NCBI GenBank assembly: GCA_051294375.1
Contig: CM119270.1
Coordinates: 13,805,316-13,869,315 of the forward strand
Source of the DNA: Paraspadella gotoi
Lineage: Eukaryota; Animalia; Chaetognatha
Reading direction: 5' to 3'
DNA length: 64,000 nucleotides
Shown here: piece after piece, positions 54,401-64,000 of the stretch
How positions within the stretch are numbered: position 1 is the stretch's first letter
Layout of the letters: each line of letters begins with the position of its first letter
Translations under genes and position numbers: made by a program
Notes under the pieces: generated by a model
What the model was told of the DNA's origin: nothing
Seen by the model: only the letters and a program-made list of their open reading frames with translations
The model's database searches: none

Positions 54401-55329
54401 TTCGAGTCGCTCACCTTCTTCGTCAAACACAACCACAACAACAACGACGACAACGACAACTACAACAGCAACGTTTACAACGATGACGTCGACGACAAAG
54501 AAGACGACGACGACGCCGACGAGAATGCACTGGCTCTCTCACTCTCTCTCTCTCTATCTCTTTCTCTCGCCTCTCGCCACACACACAAAGGGTGGGAGGC
54601 AGCCTCTCTGATCAACGGGCCACTGGGCTTGTTTTTCATCCTCGATCTCACCATAGAGCGAAAAGGAAGTTGAGAGAGGAAGAGAGGGAGGAAGAGGAGA
54701 GAGAGGAGAGAGAAGAGGAGGAGGACTGAAGAGTGAGCAGATTGGAGAGATGAGAAGAGAGAGTGGGAGAGAGAGAGAGAGAGAAGAGCGAAGAAGAAAA
54801 TTGAATTTGAAGAAAGAGAAAAAATATGAGAAAGACAGTATATGAAACAACAAACAACAACAACAAAACCCGCCGACGATCTTTACAGATGTGGCTTGAT
54901 TGGGTCTTTTACGTCTTTTTCGGCGGAAAACTTTTTTTTTTCAACATCTTTTCGCAAAATTTTTCCCGTATTTTTCAAAACGAAATCCGGATTGATAATA
55001 GTTTTTGTCGTAGATTTATAAACGAAATCGCCTTGCGAAATTGTATTTTTATTTTGCCCTTACGACCTTGTTTATAGTCGTATTAAACTTGAAAATATGA
55101 TCGGCGAACTCCCGTAAAAATAAAACATAAGATTTAAGAGGAATCTATTTATAGACGACGACTAAACAGCTAAAAAAGCTTGATAAATACAAAACAGTAG
55201 GAAATTGAAGTCAATTTCCCAACAGCGAACAACCACAAAAAAGCGCGAAAATTCAAATGAAATCAACGACCGGATTGAAATCTTTACCGAAGTCACAATT
55301 AAGCGTTGAAAGGAGATAATTTTTGACAG

Positions 55330-55730
55330 GACACGAACAGAGTAGAATTAGTGATCGTTCTCTGATAAAACGAAACAGATCTCTCTTCCTCATCCTCCTA
55401 ATCTTTAATTCTTCCCTTTGTCAAAATGGAAGAAGTTGATCAATGGAAGTGCAATATAAAATGAAAACGATACCGAGATCAATGAGTCAATATTAAAGCA
55501 ACGTCACTTATTTTTACTTGAATCAATCTCTCATTTATCCTTAATAAAAATTAAAATCAATTTCTTGATTTTTTTCCTTTGTTAAAAAAAAGTAAGCGAT
55601 CTCTCATTCTATCTGGTCTTAAAATAATACGCTCAATTTTCCCATCGATAAAATGAAATCGACTACTCAATTATATCCCTTTGACGAAATGGAATCGATC
55701 TCTCATTCTTCCCTTTGATAAAATCCTTCT
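55330..55730. repeat. Degenerate ~35-bp tandem repeat (GATCTCTCATTCTTCCCTTTG.TAAAAT)
   Basis: Recurrent ATCTCTCATT / TTCCCTTTG / AAAATGAAA motifs. Confidence 0.5.
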
Positions 55731-56004
55731 TCTTCTTCTTCTTCTCCTTCCCCCGATAAAAACTAAAGACTTCTTGAGTTTCCTCAGCATGTACGAGGCT
55801 AAAGTGTGGCCCTCAAGAAAATTTTCTTATACTTCACCGTCGAGTGGGGACTCTCGTGTTTTTCTGGATTTTGACAGAGAAAACCTGCGATTTGATTTTC
55901 CTTTTCAAATTCGATGCCAGGATTTTTTCTCTCTCTCTTCCGTTTGTGAGTTGGAAATTAAGGAGGGATTGCATTTTCTATTATATAGATGATAATAATA
56001 ATTA

Positions 56005-56859
56005 CACATGTGTGCAAAAAAAGTTTAATAGTGATGATAAAAGCAGTTTATTTCGCTTTTTGAAGAAACCTACACTTATAAGGACTCAGTTTAACTTAAT
56101 ACTTTGTCGGATTACCATTTGCTTCCAGCACTGCTTCCATGCAACAAGGGAGAGAGTGTTTAGAGGCTGCACAAATATGAATCTCTCTTTTCATCATTGA
56201 CCAGACGGTTTTGAAAATGTTGCAGTCTGAACGAGTTTCTGGGCCAACCTTCGAGTACCTCGATTGCGTTTTCCTCATGCCATTTTGGGGGTAGCGTTGG
56301 CTTTTGTATCCAGGAGCTCCTCCTCCATAAAAATCCGCCTATTCACTATTGAAGGACTGAACCACAATTCCTTTTTTTTTTCCAATATTTTTCTCAAATG
56401 GTTTGCAGAAGCCTTACGGTCTTGAATCGTGAGAACTTTACAGCTCATCATTATCTCTCTTTCCATGGACAAGTGAGACATGCTAGGCCACTAGCTTCTA
56501 ATAGCTTGACCAAGGTTTCCAGTTTCCTTAAATTTATTTTTTAAAACTCTGCAGATGGCGATCCTATAGCTTGACAACCCTGCCTTTCGAGATTAACAAT
56601 TGCAGCTTTTTTAGGGTTGTTTGCTGTTTGGAAGTTTCCGTAATAAAAAAAATTTAAAAAAAATAAAAAACAAAGATGGATAAAAAAATTTTTATGCATA
56701 AAAAATAAATTGTAAGATACAATTTCAAAATTTTTTTTTATTCCAGCATAGCTTCTATAATATTTTGGATTTGAAATAAACCTAAGTTTTACTTAATAAA
56801 ACGACAGACAAGCTAGATAATAGAGGATTTAAAGTTTTAACTTTTTTTGCGCTCATGTG
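56005..56859 (-). mobile_element. Internally deleted Tc1/mariner-superfamily (Tc1-like) DNA transposon, 855 bp
   Basis: 21-bp TIRs CACATGTGTGCAAAAAAAGTT (56005-56025) and RC CACATGAGCGCAAAAAAAGTT (56839-56859), 2 mismatches. TA at 56003-56004 and 56860-56861. Transposase remnants inside. Confidence 0.88.
56096..56640 (-). pseudogene. Tc1-like transposase pseudogene
   Basis: Fragments KKAAIVNLERQG, KFKETGNL..RS*WP and DRKASANHLRKILE..FSPSIVNRRI (paired/HTH region). KWHEENAIEVLEGWPRNS/SDCNIFKTVWSMMKREI resembles WPxxSPDLNPIENxW; the C-terminus SLPCCMEAVLEANGNPTKY* resembles SMPRRxxAVIxAKGGxTKY. Contains stops and frameshifts and lacks the DD region. Confidence 0.85.
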
Positions 56860-58197
56860 TATTATTGTGAAATCATTTAAGAATTTCTAATCCACAGCTA
56901 GCTGAGTCAGCAACAGCAATGTTTCTTTGTCTTAAAACTGTAAACGAGTCTTTTCATTTTAACCACAAAATTCTTGGTTTCGAATTGCGATTTTTCTTTC
57001 GGTGAGATTCGTGAGGCATGTTAATCAGCCTAAATTAATTAACAGTAAAGATTATCTTACTTTAATATCTATAAGTTTGTTCTTTTAGAAAAATTAACAT
57101 GTACTTTTGACCTTGATATGATTTTGTTACGTCGTTTCATTGACCCGCTGTGCGTGTGCGTAATACTCTACAATTTTCTCAGCGACCTTGGCACAGAAGA
57201 GGCGGGAAATAGGATTTAAATCAACACGAACGCAAATTGCAATTCGATGCTTCGCCGATTTTTCTTTTTCTTTGAAATTATGTCCAATTTAATAATATAT
57301 TGACTAGTTATAACATGAATCTAATATGTTTACATTTTTGTCTCAGTCTTTTTGCGTATGTATTTTGCTTTCTCCAAACTTCAACTAAAACTATACGTTT
57401 TATTCAAATATTGAAATAGTGTTTCATTTTTAAGTAAATTTTATCTTTCTATTTTTTTTTTGTTAATAAATTTTCACTGCAGTAATTATGAAGACGCATT
57501 CGTGAAAAAAAAGTTTTTCTTCGAAAGGAATTATTTTTTTGTGTGGACGAAATATCTGCTGGTACTCAAGAACTTTGACTTTTAGGAAAAAAAAGAGGAT
57601 TCTTTTCAGAAGAACCACGCTACATGCCTCTCTCTTTTTTTCACCGTTTTTATTTTCTTCTCGTTTCCTCTCTTTTTCCTCTCTTTTCTCTCTATTTTCG
57701 TCTCTGTTTGAATTCAAGTAAAAAAATATGGAGTAAAAAGTTTAAACTCAAACCATTTTTTTTTAAATTGAAAAAAAGATGTTTCTGTTTCGCCTGGGGA
57801 ACAAAAAGCTGCAAAAATTTGCTTCTGCTTAAAAATAAACAAAAAACAAAAACGAAAACGAAAACACGTCAACTATTGCAATAATAATAAAAGTGAAACT
57901 CGTCGCCAATTTCTATTTATAGTTTTCTTTTTATTTTATTTTTTTTGAACAACCAATTTAATACATTTTATAATTTCGTACCTTAAGCGACTGCGGATTT
58001 CGGTAAGCAGCTCTAAAAACTCATTCAACTCCATTTTTACTGAACAAAAAAACTATTCTGACGTTAAATCTCCGTCTAAATGTCAGCGGGATTAATATAA
58101 TCATATCACACAATATCCTCGAATCATTTTTTTTTTCCTTTCTACTGACTCAAAATTTTTTTTCTATGCGAGAGACACTTAACCGAATTAGGAGAGA

Positions 58198-58300
58198 GTC
58201 CAAACGAGATTGAGAGCGTTCAGGGGAGATTGAGAGCGATTAAAGGCGATCGAGAGCGATCAAACGCGATCGAGAGCTATTAAAAGCGAACCTAAGGGAT
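58198..58300. repeat. 20-bp tandem repeat (AAACGCGATCGAGAGCGATC-like), ~5 copies
   Basis: Read directly. Confidence 0.7.
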
Positions 58301-58509
58301 TAATAGAAATAAAAAGTAATGAGTAAAGGGTTGAAATCAATTGAGAGGCTTTGAAACTGGTAAATGTTAACCCTCGATGTGACTAGCAAATTAAGTATGG
58401 CGTGATATATGACAAAATAAGATGAAACGCTGTGACAGATAAGTAGTTAACTGTTATTGGAGGTGATCGAATATAAATAAGACTTGTGGCAATCTAATTT
58501 GGAATTGAT

Positions 58510-59873
58510 TGTAGAAGAATAAAGATGATAAACATTTGAAAAATTGACGATAAAAATTGTTTACGCAAATTGAAGAAGATTGGAAAATGGACATTAGACT
58601 GGATAAATCGCGTTTGAAGGAAATAGATAATTTAAATGCTAAATTGAAACTTCGAAAGCGATAAAAATTTAAGAATAGGCTTTGAATCTAAAAAAAAAAG
58701 ATCTTCAAAGCGTTTTAAAATATGAAAAAATGCGGTTGAAAACGATTCTGATGAAACTCAAGGCAACCGGTGGTGTGAAGGTCATGAAAACCTTAACCAT
58801 CAGGAAGTTGCAGTCCGTTTGGGTCATTCAAACCCGATGCCTCTCTCATCTTTTTGCTCGCGTCCCGTGATTAAGGGGCTTTTTATTACACATTAAAAAA
58901 AAATAATTACAAAACAAACTGAATATTCACTTCGACTGTTATAAAGAAATGACAGTCACCTAAAAAATGTTACGTGTCGTTCATTGATTAAATGAATGGG
59001 AAATTTCTTTATAGTTTATAACAATTTCATGCAGCAATTTTGAGATTCGTCTTAAACCTTCAGTCTTTGAGCCACCTCGGTCCTCAAAATGTTTTTCTTC
59101 TTTCGGACTCTCGATTTAATCGGGAGTCGCAATTTTTTTTCGTCCTCGTTCATCTCATAATAGCTAATTCATTATAATTTCCAAAACTGAATCGTCTGCA
59201 TAACGAACAAAAAAACGTTATTCATATAACACGACATGGTTTTTATTCTCCCACCCGAATGACTCCCTCGCTTTTCCCGTCGGGGGTTTGCGAACACTAG
59301 ACTCGATCTCACTCACTCGCCCGGGGGGTTGCTTAGATCACGTGATCGAATCTCTCACTCACTCTCGAACTCGTCCTCCGAATTCCATCGAGGTTTTCTT
59401 CCAATTAAAGAGTCGAAAACTTTTTTCCAAACTTTTCCCCCCCTTTTTTTTTTCACCGAAGAAAAACCCTTTTTATTTCTTTCGATTTCGACAAAAAAAT
59501 TTCTATCGTTGCGTCGAAATTGAGTCCGTAAAATTCAATTCAAAGCTCGAATTTGGCCGGTTTTTTTTTTTTTTTAATTGGCTAATCTTTTTGTTTTCCT
59601 TAATGCGTCTTCGTTTAATTTTATCATCTCATTGTTTTTTTTGTATAATACTGATTTATAATACATATATGCAGTTAATAAATAATAAAGACAAAAGAAA
59701 ATCCGCGTCATTCTTTCTTTCTTTTTTTTCTCTCACTCACTCATTCACTCACACCTACGACCTCCGGTCAAGCGCTCCCCAGGTTTCAAAGGCGGTACAA
59801 ACAGAGAGAGAGAGAGAGAGAGAGAGAGCAACTGCGAGGACGGGGGAGTTTACGGTACTTGGAGAAAGAAAGT

Positions 59874-59907
<34 letters not shown>

Positions 59908-60268
59908 TACCCAGTTATGGCTAAGCGATATTCTTCACCTCGGATGTGAAAATGACCGAGTGCGCGTCGAGAGATTGTGCACGCTCGACGGACCTCCGGG
60001 GTGTTAAAGGATCGGTGGGTTGGGTCAAGAGATTCGCCCGCATCGATGCAACCTTCTTCAATCTTCATCCAATTCTCTTCTCTGAACTTACCTTTCCTTC
60101 AGCGCTAAAGGACCTAGGGCCTTACCCTTTGAATAAATCGAACCTCACCCACACCCGACCGACCGATTTTGCCGTGACCTACCTTAACTCACCTCGACTT
60201 TCCTCACCTTCTGACCACCGACTTAGATGAAGACTCGATTCGCTTCGGTTGCACTCGGGCGTCGACCG
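58510..60268. repeat. First copy of direct duplication (partner 62183-64000)
   Basis: Collinear identity from TGTAGAAGAATAAAGATG to GGGCGTCGACCG. Confidence 0.95.
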
Positions 60269-60714
60269 ACTCGATCCTCTCCTTAAGCCGACAATCGATC
60301 TTCATCGGCCCGACACCTACCTCCCTTAGCTGACAATATCTCCCCCTTGGCTTCTAAACGCCTTACTTTAACTTCAATTGGAATCCTTTGGCTCTCTATA
60401 GCTTACGCTTAAACTTGTTTCCGCTTTCGCGTGCCTGACCTCGCCAATTACCATGATTCACGTGGTTTTGAACTCTGAATCAACTTCACGTGGCTCAAAC
60501 GAGACCTCATTTTGACTTCACCAGGTCAACTCTGATTCACACTTGATTAAATTTCATCTCTTAATGGACGAAAAAAAAACAATGACGCCATTTATTGAAA
60601 TTAACGGAATTAAGTCGTAAAATTAAAAAAAAAAATACCAACAAATGTGCAATTTTGGCCTCATCTTTAGTTAAAACCAGATATTTATCTACTAACGTTG
60701 ATAAATTACGTACA

Positions 60715-60845
60715 TTTATGAAAGTAAGTCCTATCATTATGAGCAAAGCTATTAAAACTTTATCAGGGGAATTATATAAAAGACAACGGACTGCGCCTGA
60801 AGCGAAAAAGAAAACTCCTGGAAAGTCTCCCAAAACTTCTTCCGC
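60715..60845 (-). CDS. Possible exon encoding a hydrophobic segment (EEVLGDFPGVFFFASGAVRCLLYNSPDKVLIALLIMIGLTFIN)
   Basis: Open frame bounded by AG and GTACGT in non-repetitive sequence. No family recognised; the opposite strand is also open. Confidence 0.15.
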
Positions 60846-60894
<49 letters not shown>

Positions 60895-61001
60895 TCTCTC
60901 TCTCTCTCTCATTTGGATACCTTATCGCCAAAAAAAGTCAATCATCCTCTCATCGGATAGAATCCCGTCAGGAGTCACGGGCCAGTCCAGATGTAATAGT
61001 A

Positions 61002-61033
<32 letters not shown>

Positions 61034-62059
61034 TTCTCATTCTCATCTCGTCAAAAGTCACGTGCTAATCCGGACACGCTCCATTCCGACAAAAAAACAA
61101 AAAAAACAAAAACAGTATAATCACTCCCTTCTTCTATATATAACACTTATCTTATCTTTTCTTAACCGATATATAAAAGGTATCTTCTTTAACTGATATA
61201 TAATACGTATCTTCTACATGTGTGAAATATATAAATTTGGTTAAAAAAAGTGAAAACTTTGAACCCCTATTAAGTTGCTTATCTATCATTCTATTAAGTA
61301 AAATTATGGTTTATTTAAAAGTAATAATAACTTAAAAAGTTTTGTAATTCAAAACCGTAAGGCTTCTGCAAATTAATTAAAAAAAATAAAAAGAAAAAAA
61401 AATTGTTACCAGTTGTTTAAAAATGAATTTGTAGTGTTTTATGAAAGATAATGCTTTTAAATACAAAGCTAAAGCTACCTAAAAATGTCATAAGGAAAAT
61501 AAGATCGAGGTGCTTAAAGATTGCTTGATTACAACATCATTGAAAATGTTTGGTTAAAGATAAAAAAAATATTTAATAGTATAACAATATAAAGTTGATA
61601 AAATTTAAAAAATTATAAAACATATTTGACAGGAGCTAAACTGTTTATCTTTGGACAGCATATACAACTCTCTCCCTTATTGCATGGAAGTAATACTAAA
61701 TGTAAATAGTAGTTTGATATAGTAAATAGCAAAAAGCTTTTATCTTAATTATTAAATTTTTTTTTGACCACATGTGTATATATTTCTCAAACACAAATTG
61801 ATTGGTAACTGATGAGTTTTTCTCTTAAATTGCAAAAATGTAAATAATATTACTGGCATAAAATTCCATTAACTTTTCGAATTCTTTCAAGAATAACAAA
61901 GTGGAGCATATAAAAGTAATTGTATTTTCTTTTCTGCGCGCATTTCCTCGATGAAATTACTGAAATAAACTCGTGTTCATTTTTTCATTTGATCTCGAAT
62001 TTTTCTTACTAAAAATTCCAACCTCCGCTATTTGTTTGTCTATCTGTTGTTATCTATAT

Positions 62060-62061
<2 letters not shown>

Positions 62062-62110
<49 letters not shown>
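62062..62110. repeat. (CAT)n microsatellite
   Basis: Read directly. Confidence 0.95.
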
Positions 62111-62182
62111 TGTTTGTATAATAACTTTTCCTTCTCTCATTCTCACACTTTTTTTCTNNNNNNNNNNNNNNNNNNNNNNNNN

Positions 62183-64000
62183 TGTAGAAGAAATAAAGAT
62201 GATAAACCATTTGGAAAAATTGACGATAAAAAGTTTGTTTAACGCCAAATTGAAAGAAGATTGGAAAATGGACATTAGACCTGGATAAATCGCGTTTGTA
62301 AGGCAAATAGATAATTTAATGCTAAATTGAAACTTCGAAAGCGATAAAAATTTAAGAATAGGCTTTGAATCTAAAAAAAAAGATCTTCAAAGCGGTTTTT
62401 AAATGATGAAAAAATGCGGTTGAAAAACGATTCTGATGAAACCTCAAAGGCAACCGTGGTGTGAAAGGTCATGAAAACCTTAACCATCATGGGAAGTTGC
62501 AGTCCGTTTGGGTCATTTCAAACCTGCCATCTCTCATCTTTTTTGCTCGCGTCCGTGATTAAGGGCTTTTTATTACACATTAAAAAAAAATAATTACAGA
62601 AACCAAACTGAATATTCACTTCGACTGTTATAAAGAAATGACAGTCACCTAAAAAAATGTTTACGTGTTCGTTCATTGATTAAATGATGGGAAATTTCTT
62701 TACAGTTTTATAACAATTCATGCACGCAATTTTTTGAGATTCCGTCTTAAACCTTCAGTCTTGAGCCACCTCTGGTCCTCAAAATGTTTTCTTCTTTCGG
62801 ACTCTCCGATTTAAATCGGGAGTCGCAATTTTTTTTCGTCTCGTTCACTCATAATAGGCTTAAATTCATTATAATTTCCAAAATGGAATCGTCTGCATAA
62901 CGAACAAAAAAACGATTATTCATAAAACACGACATGGTTTTTATTCTCCCACCCCGCAATTGACTCCCTCGCTTTTCCCCGTCGGGGGGTTTGCGAACAG
63001 CTAGATCTCACTCACTCGCCCGGGGGTTGCTTAGGATCACGTGTATCGAATCTCTCTCACCACTCTCAGAACTCGCCCCTCCGAATTTCCATCGAGGTTT
63101 TCTTCATTAAAGAGTCGAAAACTTTTTCAAACTGTTTCCCCCCCTTTTTTTTTTTTCACCGAAGAAAACCTTTTTTATTTCTTTCGATTTCGACAAAAAA
63201 ATTTCTATCGTTTGCGATGAAATTGAGTCCGTAAAATTCAAATTAAAGCTCGAATTTGGCCGGTTTTTTTTTTTTTTTTTAATTGGCTAATCTTTTTGTT
63301 TTCCTTAATGCGTTTCGATTATATTTTACTCATCTCATTGTTTTTTTGTATAATACTGATTTATAATACATATATGGAGTTAATAAATAATAAAGACAAA
63401 AGAAAAATCCGCGTCATTCTTTCTTTCTTTTTTTTTCTCTCACTCACTCCATTCACTCACACCTACGACCTCCGCGTCAAGCGCTCCCCAGGTTTCAAAG
63501 GCGGTACAAAAAGCACGAGGAGAGAGAGAGAGGAGAGAGAGCAAACTGCGAGGACGGGGGAGGTTTACGGTACTTGGAGAAGAAAGTGAAGAGAGAGAGA
63601 GAGAAAAGAGAGAGAGAGAGAGAGATACCCAGTTATGGGGCTAAGCGATATTCTTCAACCTCGGAAGTGAAAATGACCGAGTGCGCGTCGAGAGATTGGT
63701 GCACAGCTCGACGGACCTCCGGGGTGTTAAAGGATCGGTGGGTTGGGTCAAGAAGATTCGCGCCCATCGATGCAACCTTCTTCAATCTTCCATCCAATTT
63801 CTCTTCTCTGAACTTACCTTTCCTTCAGCGCTAAAGGACTAGGGCCTTACCCTTTGAATAAACGAACCTCACCCACACCCGACCGACCGATTGTTGCCCG
63901 TGACCTTACCTTTACAGCTCACCTCGACTTCGCCTCACCTTCTGACCACCGACTTAGATGAAGACTCGATTCGGCTTCGGTTGCACTCGGGCGTCGACCG
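62183..64000. repeat. Second, insertion-rich copy of 58510-60268
   Basis: Starts immediately after the 25-N gap (62158-62182); 1818 vs 1759 bp, the excess being scattered 1-nt insertions. Confidence 0.95.

Overview
Eukaryotic (most likely invertebrate animal) genomic scaffold, AT-rich but CpG-rich and saturated with (GA)n, (GAC)n and (CTTT)n microsatellites and N-gaps. No prokaryotic genes, operons or CRISPR arrays are visible. The firm features are one intact tRNA-Asp(GTC) gene (17272-17343) and an internally deleted Tc1-family transposon with TIRs and TA target duplication (56005-56859). Much of the window is redundant: a 6.5-kb fold-back (1-6533), a large inverted duplication (22-35 kb vs 42-48.7 kb), and direct duplications (26.8-28.8 vs 30.2-32.1 kb; 58.5-60.3 vs 62.2-64 kb). 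These copies differ mainly by single-base indels and sit near six gaps of exactly 25 N, which points to long-read gap-filling or chimera artefacts rather than biology. The redundant copies do expose discrete differences that look real: a ~600-bp MITE-like presence/absence insertion and a 26-bp indel. A tentative chain of small exons encoding a DOMON-like domain runs through the fold-back. A D-armless tRNA-like fold and a palindromic double splice-donor are minor curiosities. I found no convincing novel biological system.
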